Shown piece after piece: positions 10,968 to 21,522 of a DNA stretch of 64,000 nucleotides. Within the stretch, counting starts at the first letter, position 1. Each line of letters opens with the position of its first letter. Source of the stretch: a virus; the IMG/VR virus record IMGVR_UViG_3300024257_000005, positions 1 to 64,000 of that record; one strand, 5' to 3'. A program made the position numbers and the translations under genes. The notes beneath the pieces are model-generated. The model did not search any database and was not told the origin of the DNA. It saw only the letters and a list, made by a program, of their open reading frames with translations.

Positions 10968-12326
10968 ATGCCAGATAGTCCAGTATATGAAGTTGATCTT
11001 TCGCCTGTAATTAGATCGAGCGATAGCGGAAGTCAATCAGATCCTAATCTAGTTGGGACTCATATTGTAGTAGATACTGGTGGAACCGATCCTAATATAT
11101 CCGGAAGTCATGCTGCTGATAGTGGAAGTGTTGCCGATGTAATATTTACAATTGATAGAACAGTTGTAGAATTAATTCAGACTATTGATTCTGATTACTA
11201 TGCTGCAATTGACAAAGCTCATCTAGAAGGATGACGTCAAGGCAGCAACGATGAAAATGGTGAGGGAGGATCAAGACTCGTTGAAAGACCATCAACTCCA
11301 TTTACTGAAAATGAGGCAAAGCAGACAAAAGATGTCTTAGATAAACTATCTAGCTTCTTTGGCGCTGACGCACTTAAGAGAAGATTATTAAGACGGGTTG
11401 ATGAAAAAATTTATTATGCTACTTCTGCAGCTAAAGCATGGGCAAGAAAAAAGGTTGCGACAGCTTTCAATGATGGCATTAATAAAGTTAGAAGCACAAG
11501 TTATTATACTGGAGTTGAAGCAGCAGTAAAGCAGAAGATAGATGATTGAGTTCCTAAGTCGTTAATTAAACCCAGTGGGAAGGGTCGTGAACAGCGAGAT
11601 AAAGATGGCACTAATTCGTCAGTTCGAAATAGACTAACAGGCGATCAAGATGCCAGTAATCAAAATCAATTCAACTCGGGCGTATCGCCAAGTATGGGTA
11701 ACGACTGGCTATGGGGAGTGAATCATCCTGCTATAACCTCTAACAAAGAGTTAAATTTTGAACCAGGACCTGTTAAGCCTAGCGATCCAATTATGACAAG
11801 AGTTCCTATGCCATTCTACTTTGTTGATGTCAGAACTGACAATCATTGCTTTTTCAATGCTACAATTTCAGATTTATCCGATTCATATTCACCAAACTGG
11901 ACACGTGAGTCATATTTTGGTAGAACAGAAGGAATATCAAAATATGTAAACACAGATAGAACGATTTCAGTAAACTTTACAATTATTGCAGATGATGCTG
12001 ATGATTTAGAATCTATATATAAAAAATTAAACTGGCTAGCTCAAGCCGTGTACCCAAAATATAAAGAAAACAGTGCTGCATATGGATATGAAAGCTCACC
12101 AATCTTACGAATGAGAATTGGAGATTTAATAAAATATAATTCAACAGGAATTGGCGGATATTTAACTACACTGGACTATGCATACAGCATGGATGCCGGT
12201 TGAGAAGTGACAACTGTTGGTAAAAAGGTTCCAAAAAAGATTGATGTATCTATGGCATTCACGGTTATTCATGACTTCATGCCAGACTTTGGTTCTACAT
12301 TTTATGATGTAAAGGCGGTAAATTAA
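10968..12326 (+). CDS. Baseplate/tail-tube initiator-like protein, 452 aa, 3 TGA=Trp
   Basis: One frame with TGA at 11232, 11547 and 12201. SDSYSPNW...YFGR...RTISVNF...YP...P..R.RIGD and AG[W]EV...PKKIDVSMAFTVIH. Confidence 0.7.
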
Positions 12327-12327
12327 A

Positions 12328-12609
12328 ATGGCAACATCAAGATATACAAATACTAAGACGACTATATTCAACAATACTAGATCCAGAGAGATTGGAACTA
12401 ATGTTGTAATCAAAGCTCGCGATGATGATATTCTTATTCGATGGACCGACAGTGTTTCAGCTCGAAAACTAGCTACTCAATATCTTGGATCACCAGAATA
12501 TTACTGGGTGATCTTATCATTAAACAATGTGTCACTTGAGAGTGATTTCGTTCTTGGTCAACAGCTTAGGGTTCCTAGACATATTGGCTCAATAGTGTCA
12601 GGATTATAA
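12328..12609 (+). CDS. Baseplate wedge protein (gp53/LysM-like)
   Basis: SRY...LATQYLGSPEYYWVILSLN...GQQLRVP. Confidence 0.75.
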   Translation: MATSRYTNTKTTIFNNTRSREIGTNVVIKARDDDILIRWTDSVSARKLATQYLGSPEYYWVILSLNNVSLESDFVLGQQLRVPRHIGSIVSGL

Positions 12610-12610
12610 A

Positions 12611-14365
12611 ATGGCAGCATTACTAGAAGTATTTCAGCATGGAGAAATGGAAGAAGATGCTCAAGCCTGGTGGGATGAATTTAAATCACTAAGCACCATT
12701 GAACTATCTGAGCTTTCCCCATTTATTAGAATCACACCCTTGATAATGATAAACACCGATATCGTTGAACACAAAGTGTCTTCTTTATTAACGATGTATA
12801 AATCTCAAATGAAAACCGATGGGTATACAGGAGGATATGCACTAAAAGGCATGACGATGAATGTACAAGATACTGTTGGTGCTACATTTGAGATAGTTCT
12901 TGAATTTCAGATCTTCGATCTTGAGGTATTTGAAAAGTCTTCAGATTCTGGACTATACTTTCTATCAAATTTAAACTCCCGTCTAAAATTAGAATTTGGG
13001 TGGGGAAAATATATGTGGCCTCTAGTAGAGCAGTCGCATGCAACGGTTGTCGAAAAACATGCCGGCAAGGGTCAAGAACTTTATTGTGCTGTTGTCAAGG
13101 CAAATGTAGGAATCTCAGACGAACAAATTATTACATTTACTGTAACGCTTAGAGCTCCAAGTTCTCTTCTCATGAAACAATGGAGAAATGATTTTGGTTT
13201 TGACTTAAATATGGATGCCATGAAACTACCTGTTGCATACTTCAAGAGGAAAAAGTGGATGACATGGCTAACAGGTGCTAGAGATGTTGTGTCTGCAGTT
13301 ACCTTAAAGACACTAACCGATCATATTACTAGATCTATCCAGACAAAATTATATAAAGTGGGAATGAATTCTCAAACTCCACCGACGTTTGATGTACGGC
13401 ATCCCATTAGCAAGCTACAAGTCTTAAATCCTTCTCTAGATCCAGACATTGGTCTTGCTGAAGAAGGAGCTAATGCAACGGTTGGTGACATTCTCATTTC
13501 TACTGATTATCTTAAAGAAGCGAAAATATCTACAAAAACCTCTCAACTATTTATGAAAGAAATAATTGATAAAATTAATTCGGCTGGTGGTGGAGCACTG
13601 AAGTTAGATATTATTCCCTCATTGAATGGCTCGATCCTTACAATTTCAAATGTTGCAAGTCCCACAGGTAAAGTAAAAGCAAATGGAAAAGTGGAAGAAG
13701 ATATATGGTCAATTAGAGATAGATATCTAAAGCTCAATTTTGCTGATGGAAATTCACTTGTTCAATCAATCACATTCAATTCTGACATTGAAGCTGCTGC
13801 AACAAATGTACAAAATTTTATTCAGAAACAAGGTCTCGAAAAGGCATCAAATCCAGAGCTTCTTGCTTTTATGTCTTCATGGTATGAAGATACAGATACG
13901 TGGAAAACAGCCACCGGTGATGAGCGAATGAAGCTTCAACTTGATTTTGAGAAGGATCCTAGTAATCTATTTAGTCAAGTATTGCAACTAAATAAAGAGC
14001 TTGAAAATGCTGAAGAGATGAGAGCTGAGTTTGCAGCCGTAGTGGAATCGCTTGTTGTGTTGGACAACACTCTGAAATATCTTCCTTATAAGATGGAAGT
14101 GACAATAAAGGGAGTTTCAGATATGAACAAGGGAACGAGAATATTACTGGACGAGACTGTGGCAATACCCATATTTAGAAGCACAATATGGAGAATCGTT
14201 GATATAAGCCATGCCCTAGATGATAGCTCATGGACAACTACATTTTCTGCAATTTGTGAATTCAATAATGAAATCAATAAAAAGAACATAGAGCTAGAGG
14301 ATAGTGGGCGTAAGAAATTTAAACAATTTGGAGATAAATTTGATCATGTATCTAAGTTTATATAG
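12611..14365 (+). CDS. Baseplate hub/late-control-D-like protein
   Basis: Position in the baseplate block. LEFGWG and C-terminal EVTIKG...IVDISHALDDSSWTTT. Confidence 0.55.
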   Translation: MAALLEVFQHGEMEEDAQAWWDEFKSLSTIELSELSPFIRITPLIMINTDIVEHKVSSLLTMYKSQMKTDGYTGGYALKGMTMNVQDTVGATFEIVLEFQIFDLEVFEKSSDSGLYFLSNLNSRLKLEFGWGKYMWPLVEQSHATVVEKHAGKGQELYCAVVKANVGISDEQIITFTVTLRAPSSLLMKQWRNDFGFDLNMDAMKLPVAYFKRKKWMTWLTGARDVVSAVTLKTLTDHITRSIQTKLYKVGMNSQTPPTFDVRHPISKLQVLNPSLDPDIGLAEEGANATVGDILISTDYLKEAKISTKTSQLFMKEIIDKINSAGGGALKLDIIPSLNGSILTISNVASPTGKVKANGKVEEDIWSIRDRYLKLNFADGNSLVQSITFNSDIEAAATNVQNFIQKQGLEKASNPELLAFMSSWYEDTDTWKTATGDERMKLQLDFEKDPSNLFSQVLQLNKELENAEEMRAEFAAVVESLVVLDNTLKYLPYKMEVTIKGVSDMNKGTRILLDETVAIPIFRSTIWRIVDISHALDDSSWTTTFSAICEFNNEINKKNIELEDSGRKKFKQFGDKFDHVSKFI

Positions 14366-14452
14366 ATTAACTTGTCTTTTGAAGAATCTCACTTTTATTT
14401 AAAATTGTCCAACTAACTAAAACTAATCAACAAAAATAAGGGTTACAATAAG

Positions 14453-15799
14453 ATGATCAATATTATAGATAATAGTCTAGAATATGACAGTATGATTTCT
14501 AACATCACAAAAACAAGTAAAATATATCTACAAATTTCATCTGGAACAGATGAAGACAATTTTCTTTTTATCCCTGAAAGGGACATCTTATATGTTATAG
14601 ATCAAGTCTATTTAGACAAATTCACCTTTGATATAAAATTGATTGAGACAGATATCTATCTATATAATACCAGACTTAACATAGCCACAAATTCTACAGT
14701 CATTGATACTGATGCTCTATACTATTCTATATTCAAAGTAGAATTGAATGAGTCAAATTTAAATGAGAATAATATTCCACTAAAATTAGCACAGACTAGA
14801 GTTAACAATTTCATACATACCAGAAACAGTGAAGCTGCCATTATTCCAACTACCTTAGCTAGTGAGTACTACTATTTATTATTCAAAACTCTTAATGGTT
14901 TCATAGAAGATTATAAACATGCTCTAAATAATCCAGAATATGTAGCTTTCATTAAGAGAAAGAATGCATTCAAACTATTAATGACATCAGGTGTTCATGT
15001 AAATAATAATCTCATAGAAGGCATTAAAGAATCAGCATATTCATTAGAACCCACTATCCAGAAAACTGTAGATACCTTAGGCAATAATAAAGATTCAATA
15101 ATATATCCAGAATTTAATTTTGCTAGATCTCCAACTGGTAGAGTAGCTTCATCTTATAATAGTCTAAACATGATGGCCTTGAATAAATCAGATGAGACCA
15201 GACTGTTTTTTAATTCTAGATTCAAAGATGGATATTTAGTAGAGTTCGACTTTGATGGAATGCATTTAAGAATAATAGCCAGCATTCTAAATTTTGAAAT
15301 TCCATTAGACATTCCAGCTCATAAATTTATGGCTACAATATTTTTTGACAAGCATATAGATGATATAACTGATGATGATGTTAAGAGATCTAAGAAGAAG
15401 ATCTGGTCTATTCTATATGGGACTATATATTTTGATCACCATTTTATTAAAAAGATCAATGCTTTCAAGGAGTACAAAGTTCTCAAGACCAAGACTCCAC
15501 TTGGAAGGAAAATTGATTTAGGTGTAGATGAAGATAAGAGATTCAACTATTTCATCCAGAAGTTTGAGGTCGACTATATAACCTCAGTTCTATCTAATGT
15601 CTCTAAATATATTATTGATAGCAGGATAAAAATGAGACCTGTGATCTATCAGTATGATGCTATTATATTTGACATTCCACCAGATGAGATAGGCCAGCTA
15701 AAACACATACAAGACATTTTAGAAACATCAATCGAGGGTTTGCATTTGAAAACAAAAATGAAAGCCGGTAAAAATTTTAAAAAACTACAATTATTATAA
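14453..15799 (+). CDS. Divergent family A DNA polymerase-like protein
   Basis: PTGRVAS, motif A-like EFDFDGMHLRI, motif B-like SKKKIWSILYG, motif C-like YQYDAIIFD. Confidence 0.65.
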   Translation: MINIIDNSLEYDSMISNITKTSKIYLQISSGTDEDNFLFIPERDILYVIDQVYLDKFTFDIKLIETDIYLYNTRLNIATNSTVIDTDALYYSIFKVELNESNLNENNIPLKLAQTRVNNFIHTRNSEAAIIPTTLASEYYYLLFKTLNGFIEDYKHALNNPEYVAFIKRKNAFKLLMTSGVHVNNNLIEGIKESAYSLEPTIQKTVDTLGNNKDSIIYPEFNFARSPTGRVASSYNSLNMMALNKSDETRLFFNSRFKDGYLVEFDFDGMHLRIIASILNFEIPLDIPAHKFMATIFFDKHIDDITDDDVKRSKKKIWSILYGTIYFDHHFIKKINAFKEYKVLKTKTPLGRKIDLGVDEDKRFNYFIQKFEVDYITSVLSNVSKYIIDSRIKMRPVIYQYDAIIFDIPPDEIGQLKHIQDILETSIEGLHLKTKMKAGKNFKKLQLL

Positions 15800-15808
15800 G
15801 GAGTTAGT

Positions 15809-16219
15809 ATGAAACAGTTCCAGTTACTTTGCACATTTTCTACAGAAAAGCTTGTAAATAGAAAAGTAGAAGAAATCAAAAGCAAATTCGAAATTCAGAA
15901 TGATTCAATATTCATTTTACAGAGCACATCAAATAAAGACGACTGGTACATTACATACAATGCATTACTAGCCTGAGACGATAACTACAAAGACTTGGTT
16001 ACCAACACAATCAATATTCACAGGAATAAAGAAACCAACACTCTGTATACAATCAATGCTCTCAATGAGGTGATCAAGAATTGCAACAATGGAGTTCTAG
16101 ACACTAACTATAAAATCGACTGGGATAATTATAGAAACTCTATTTTGTTATATAGAAATGAGATGCTTTTGACAATAAAGACAAAGCTCAATGGAATAAT
16201 AAAATGAGAAAAAATTTAA
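15809..16219 (+). CDS. Phage hypothetical protein, 136 aa, 2 TGA=Trp
   Basis: AGGAG RBS and ATG 15809. QLLCTF...HRNKETNTLYTINALN. TGA at 15974 and 16205, TAA at 16217. Confidence 0.7.
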
Positions 16220-16310
16220 AAATAATTGATCTTTTGTAGAATTTCATTATATTTATCAATGATTAACAAATAACAATTAAACCTATTAAAACAAAACGAG
16301 GAGAAAAACA

Positions 16311-17105
16311 ATGGACGTAAAAGCCGTAAAAGAACGTCGTAAGCAATTCGCTGACAAATTCAAAAGAAATACAGACATATGGAAAGCCCCTAAGGGCACT
16401 CATGATGTAAGGGTCGTTCCTTATATTAACAACTCTGCTGACCCATTTGAAGAACTATGGTGGCACTGGAACATTGGCAATCGTGGTTTTCTTTGTTTAA
16501 AGAAAAACAAAGGAGAAGATTGTCCAATCTGTAACATGGCATCTGAAATGTGGAAATCAGAAGAAGATGAGGATAAAGAAATTGCAAAGAAAATGTTTGC
16601 AAATGTAAGATTCTATGCTCCTGTCTTACCAAGAGACGCTGAAGAAGAAGGTGTTAAATGGTGGGGCTTAAGTCAGACTCTCTATGATGCATTGACAAGT
16701 GAAGTATTGCTTGATCAGGTCGGAGATTATACTGACATAGAAGCAGGCCGTGACATTGCTGTCACATTTAAGACAAAAGAAGAAACTGGAAATGATTATG
16801 GTAAAGTATCAGTTGATGTTAAGTTTACCACATCACCACTTTCTGAAGATAAAGAGGTTGTTGCAAAATCACTCAAAGAGCAACCAAGTCTTATTGAAAT
16901 GTACCCCTACAATACTGCTGATGAACTAACTGAAGTATTAAGAAAATGGCTATTCCCAGAAGATGCTGAAGAAGAGGCTGCTTCAAAACCAGCTGCTAAA
17001 TCTGCACCAAAGGAAAAGGTCGAATCGCTTAAGACTGAAAGTGAAGATGATTCAGCCGGTACTGATGAAAGTTTAGAAAACAAATTCAAAAAACTTCTAG
17101 ACTAA
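16311..17105 (+). CDS. Single-stranded DNA-binding protein (gp32-like)
   Basis: VRVVP, HW, C..GEDCPIC, DYTDIEAGRDI, acidic C-terminal tail. Confidence 0.8.
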   Translation: MDVKAVKERRKQFADKFKRNTDIWKAPKGTHDVRVVPYINNSADPFEELWWHWNIGNRGFLCLKKNKGEDCPICNMASEMWKSEEDEDKEIAKKMFANVRFYAPVLPRDAEEEGVKWWGLSQTLYDALTSEVLLDQVGDYTDIEAGRDIAVTFKTKEETGNDYGKVSVDVKFTTSPLSEDKEVVAKSLKEQPSLIEMYPYNTADELTEVLRKWLFPEDAEEEAASKPAAKSAPKEKVESLKTESEDDSAGTDESLENKFKKLLD

Positions 17106-17117
17106 ACACATAATAAT

Positions 17118-17157
17118 ATAGAGACAGTTTTGAGCTAATCATTACTGTCTCTATTTT
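17118..17157 (+). terminator. Stem-loop/terminator after ssb
   Basis: atagagacagt...actgtctctat inverted repeat followed by Ts. Confidence 0.6.
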
Positions 17158-17176
17158 CATTTAGGGAGATTTCGCT

Positions 17177-18475
17177 ATGGACAAAGATGTACGTGATAAA
17201 TTAGTTGATGGAATTTTCTCAACTTTAAATACGAAATTCAAAGATACAAATCAAAAGTCATTCCGACTATCTGATCCTGATTCACCAGAAAATGCTAAAG
17301 AGTTTTGCTCTACTGGGTGTACTCCCCTAGACGTTGCAATATCAAATCGTGTGGGTGGAGGAATACCATACGGAAAGATCACAGAACTTAATGGACTAAA
17401 CTCATCTGGAAAATCATTGTTGCTTGCAACTATTTTGGTTGAAAATCAGAAGAAGGGCGGAATATCAATATTCTTAGATAATGAGTTTGCTGTAGATGGA
17501 ACTTTTTATGAAGCAATTGGCATGAACCTAGATCAACTAGTGTATTCACAAATTGAATATATTGAAGATATGCTTGATGCGATTACTGAAATTACACTCA
17601 AAATAAGAAAAGAAAATCCTACCATACCAATTGCAATTGGATTAGATTCTATTGCCGGAGCAAAAACGAGAAGTGATGCTGAAGGAATGGAAAAGGGTGG
17701 ATATAATACTCATAAAGCAATTATCTTATCTCAGAAGCTACCCATAATTGTAGCACTTTGTGCAAAACATAATATTGCCTTAATAGCTACACAGCAGCTG
17801 AGACAAAAAGTTGGTGGAATGGGATTTGGCGATCCATATGTATCTGCTTCAGGTGGTATGGCATTGGCCTTCTTTGCTTCTGTTAGAATCAGACTTGCAA
17901 CTATTGGAAAAATTAAAGCAGGCGATCTGGTTGTTGGAGTTAAATCTAGAGCCAGGGTAGAGAAAACAAGATTAGGGCCTCCATTTAGGGAAGCCGAGTT
18001 TGAAATCTTTTTTGACTCTGGTATTGATGATGCTAAATCCTGTCTTGAACAGCTAAAATTCTATAAAGTTGTTGAAGGAACCACATGGAAAATCTTCAAA
18101 GAAGATCTACATTTACCAGGGTTTGATCTTGAATGGAGAGATAAAGAAACACATTCAAAAGAGGCTGTTTTATTGATGTCGCCAAAAGGTAAAGCAATAA
18201 CTACAAAACCTGATGTAGGATTCTATCCCAAATTTCAACTTCCCACTTGGAGAAACATGATGAGAGATGAAAATTTCAGACGAGTTGTTGCAGAACAAAT
18301 CACAGACCTCAGCGTCAGAAAATATGCTGGCTATATGGAGAAAGACGACATGACAACATTGGTCACAACTGAAGATGAAAATGCTGAAGTCGTAGAGGAA
18401 GCAAAAGCTACTAAAAAAGAGAAGCTTAAAGCAATCCTAGCCAAACAGGGTTCTAACTCAGAAAATGGTGAATAA
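17177..18475 (+). CDS. recA: RecA/UvsX recombinase
   Basis: STGCTPLD, GGIPYGKITELNGLNSSGKS, LDSIAG, GGMALAFFASVRI, PPFREAEF. Confidence 0.9.
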   Translation: MDKDVRDKLVDGIFSTLNTKFKDTNQKSFRLSDPDSPENAKEFCSTGCTPLDVAISNRVGGGIPYGKITELNGLNSSGKSLLLATILVENQKKGGISIFLDNEFAVDGTFYEAIGMNLDQLVYSQIEYIEDMLDAITEITLKIRKENPTIPIAIGLDSIAGAKTRSDAEGMEKGGYNTHKAIILSQKLPIIVALCAKHNIALIATQQLRQKVGGMGFGDPYVSASGGMALAFFASVRIRLATIGKIKAGDLVVGVKSRARVEKTRLGPPFREAEFEIFFDSGIDDAKSCLEQLKFYKVVEGTTWKIFKEDLHLPGFDLEWRDKETHSKEAVLLMSPKGKAITTKPDVGFYPKFQLPTWRNMMRDENFRRVVAEQITDLSVRKYAGYMEKDDMTTLVTTEDENAEVVEEAKATKKEKLKAILAKQGSNSENGE

Positions 18476-19559
18476 TGTGAAACAATACACCACAGACAAG
18501 CATAAGAGATTATTAGGACTATTTGATAAGATAACAAAGCTTGATCCAGAAAGGGAGATCCATGATAAAATTCTTATTGTGGACTCTCTTAACCTGTTCA
18601 TTAGAAGCTTTTGTGTTGTATCTACATTGAACCCAGATGGAGTTCATGTAGGAGGAATACAGGGATCTCTATTGAGTCTTCAATATGCAATCAAGAAAAT
18701 CCGGCCAACCAAGATCATAATGGTTTGGGATGGACGAGGAGGATCTGATGCAAGAAGAAAAATGTATGATGGATATAAAGCAAATCGTGGCAAAGGCTTA
18801 AAAGGACTCAACCGAACTGTTGAATGGCTAAGTCCTGAAGAGGAAGAAAAAGCAGCAGTCAATCAAATCAGTCGATTTGGTCAGTACACTGAAAGTCTTC
18901 CTGTTGCATCAATATCAATTGATAGAGCTGAAGCCGATGATGTCATTGCATATATTTGCAATCAAATGTTTCCAGATGATAAAAAGGTTATTATGTCCAC
19001 CGATAAGGATTTCTTCCAACTCGTTAGTGACAAGACAACCGTTTACCGCCCCACTACTAAAGAGATAGTTGATCGACAATACTTGCAGGATAAGTTTTCA
19101 ATAGCCCCAAATAATTTTGTATTATATAGAGCTATTGATGGCGATCCTTCTGACAATCTCCCTGGAGTTAAGGGCATAGCAATAAAAACTGTCAATAAAT
19201 TATATCCAGAATTATCAGAAACAACTCAATATGATGTTCAATATATAATTGACAAAGCTAAAGAAAATCTTGACAATACAAAATTTGCCATGATATTTAA
19301 CAATGCTGATATAATAGAAAGAAACCATAAATTGATGCAATTGGCCGAAACAATTCTCCCAGGAGATAAAACTTCGATCGTTGTGGATGTTCTCAATAAT
19401 CAGAAAATGTCACTATTTGATAGACGAAAATTAAATCAGATGATGGCTGAAGATAAGATGTATATTCAGCAAAGAGGAATGAGCGGATGGTACAGTGTGT
19501 ATTCAGATGCTGATTCAAGAGCAAGGGTTTTTAATAGAAAATTAATTGAGAGGAAATAA
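18465..19559 (+). CDS. 5'-3' exonuclease/RNase H (flap endonuclease family)
   Basis: IVDSLN, WDG, YKANR, EADDVI, STDKDFFQL, GDPSDNLPGVKGI. Confidence 0.92.
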   Translation: MVNNVKQYTTDKHKRLLGLFDKITKLDPEREIHDKILIVDSLNLFIRSFCVVSTLNPDGVHVGGIQGSLLSLQYAIKKIRPTKIIMVWDGRGGSDARRKMYDGYKANRGKGLKGLNRTVEWLSPEEEEKAAVNQISRFGQYTESLPVASISIDRAEADDVIAYICNQMFPDDKKVIMSTDKDFFQLVSDKTTVYRPTTKEIVDRQYLQDKFSIAPNNFVLYRAIDGDPSDNLPGVKGIAIKTVNKLYPELSETTQYDVQYIIDKAKENLDNTKFAMIFNNADIIERNHKLMQLAETILPGDKTSIVVDVLNNQKMSLFDRRKLNQMMAEDKMYIQQRGMSGWYSVYSDADSRARVFNRKLIERK

Positions 19560-19560
19560 T

Positions 19561-20973
19561 GTGCTTTCAACTCAAGACGTATCAAACATTAAACTATCAG
19601 ACTATGGCAAGGAATTCCAAAGTAAGCTTTTATTTCTAGTTCTGACTGATAAGCACTTTTTCGAAAACGTATATGATATATTGAATGAAGATCTATTTGA
19701 GACATCAGCTACTCAATGGATAACAAAACACGTCAAGCTTTATTATAATGAATATAAGAAGCTACCAGATATTTCAGCATTCAATGCATTTAGAAAGAAA
19801 GATCCACTACTTAGTGACATCAATAAAATTGCAATCAAAGATACACTAATTGATGCAATCAGAAATGAACATGCCAACGATCTAGAATGGGTAGCAGACG
19901 AATCAACACTGTTTTTCAAAAACAAATTCTTTGAGGTAACTCTCTTTGAAGCAGTTGAACTATTACGAGAAAATAAATTTGATGAAATCAAAGCATTAGT
20001 AGATGCTGCTGCTTCTACAGGAATAGACAGAGAATTTGGTCATAGCTATGTAACTGGAATTGACGAACGATATGCAGAAGGTGCAAGAAATACAATAAAA
20101 ACAGGTTGGGATCCAATTGATTTATATCTCGATGGAGGTATTGGAATTGGTGAGCTTGGAGTTATTCTTGCTATGTCATCAGCCGGTAAAACCTGGGTGC
20201 TATGTCATCTTGCTGCTAATGCTTTGCTAGAAGGTAAGAAGGTAATATTCTACACACTTGAAGATTCAGAAACATTTATTTCAAAACGTATAGATTCTAT
20301 TATCCTGAAAAAAAGCACCAGTGAGATGAAATATCACATTGATGATCTGAAAGAAAAGCTGTCACATTTGGATGACAATCTGATTGTCAAAGAATATCCT
20401 CAATTGGTTACAACAACAAATGCCATGGTTGGTCACCTGAATAGTTTGAGATTAAGTGGCTGGTGTAATCCAGAAGGTGGAGAAGAAGATGATGATCTGT
20501 TGGTAATTGCTGACTATGGTGATATCTTTGCTCCACTAAAAAGCTTCAATTCAGACTGGCTAAATCAAAAACAAATATATAATGAATTAAAATCATTTGC
20601 ACAGGTAATGAGAATTAGATTGTGGACCGCTGCTCAGTCAAATATTGGCGCAGAAGGACAGCGTAATATTGAATCAACTAAAATGGGTGGAGCGTATGCA
20701 AAAGTTGCCCCATGTAATATTATTCTATCATTATCCAGAAGTACTGAGGATAAGGGAATGGATGTTGCAAGTCTATTTTTAGCTAAGAATAAATATGGAC
20801 AAGATTCAATTCATTTTCCAGTTCACAATGATAATAATAAAGGTGAGTTCAGAGTATACGATCAAGAAACAGAGCAAGGAAGAGAAATTGCTAAGAAGAT
20901 GCAAGTGGGTGATGTCGAGATGAAAAAACGTGTCGGTGAAAAGTTCAAACATCTTATGGAAAAAAAGGAATAG
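19561..20973 (+). CDS. Replicative DnaB-like helicase (gp41-like)
   Basis: TGWDPID..LDGG..GELGVI..SAGKT, ADYGD, WTAAQ, KNKYG. Confidence 0.88.
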   Translation: MLSTQDVSNIKLSDYGKEFQSKLLFLVLTDKHFFENVYDILNEDLFETSATQWITKHVKLYYNEYKKLPDISAFNAFRKKDPLLSDINKIAIKDTLIDAIRNEHANDLEWVADESTLFFKNKFFEVTLFEAVELLRENKFDEIKALVDAAASTGIDREFGHSYVTGIDERYAEGARNTIKTGWDPIDLYLDGGIGIGELGVILAMSSAGKTWVLCHLAANALLEGKKVIFYTLEDSETFISKRIDSIILKKSTSEMKYHIDDLKEKLSHLDDNLIVKEYPQLVTTTNAMVGHLNSLRLSGWCNPEGGEEDDDLLVIADYGDIFAPLKSFNSDWLNQKQIYNELKSFAQVMRIRLWTAAQSNIGAEGQRNIESTKMGGAYAKVAPCNIILSLSRSTEDKGMDVASLFLAKNKYGQDSIHFPVHNDNNKGEFRVYDQETEQGREIAKKMQVGDVEMKKRVGEKFKHLMEKKE

Positions 20974-20982
20974 GAGAATAAA

Positions 20983-21522
20983 ATGAAATTTAAGAAAATT
21001 TGGGAAGGAGATTGGGTTAGCATTGTAAGTCCGGTAGAACATGACTACGAGGCATTGCACGAAATGAATGGAGTTTTAATTGTTCCAATCTTATACGATA
21101 AAGATCAGCCTCTAATTGGAATACGAAAAGAGTTTTGTCCACCTTACTTTATTAAAGGACATAAGCCTGACTCAGGTTTATTTTATACTGCCATCTCTGG
21201 TGGAGTAGAAGATAAAGAAGATCCAGAAACAGCAGCTTTTAGAGAATTAAAAGAGGAAGCTGGAATTATTCCAATTTCATATTCTGTAACTGAATTATAT
21301 AAAGAAATCAATTTCGTAAAAAATACTGATGCTTTATCATCATGCTATCTTATGAAAATTTATACATATGACAAAGAAAAGCCTAAAGGCGATGGAACAG
21401 AAAATGAAGAAAAATCTAAGACAATCTGGGTAAGCCATAAACGATTGAAGACATTGCTAAAAGAAAAGAATATTGATCTACTATTCCACTTGGTTGGTAG
21501 CATCGCAAATGGAGTACTATAA
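20983..21522 (+). CDS. Nudix hydrolase
   Basis: Nudix box GGVEDKEDPETAAFRELKEEAG. Confidence 0.9.
   Translation: MKFKKIWEGDWVSIVSPVEHDYEALHEMNGVLIVPILYDKDQPLIGIRKEFCPPYFIKGHKPDSGLFYTAISGGVEDKEDPETAAFRELKEEAGIIPISYSVTELYKEINFVKNTDALSSCYLMKIYTYDKEKPKGDGTENEEKSKTIWVSHKRLKTLLKEKNIDLLFHLVGSIANGVL

Noticed and set aside
250-12326. Structural genes as pseudogenes of a decaying prophage
   Set aside because: Every interruption is an in-frame TGA at a Trp-compatible site. There are no internal TAA/TAG codons or random frameshifts.
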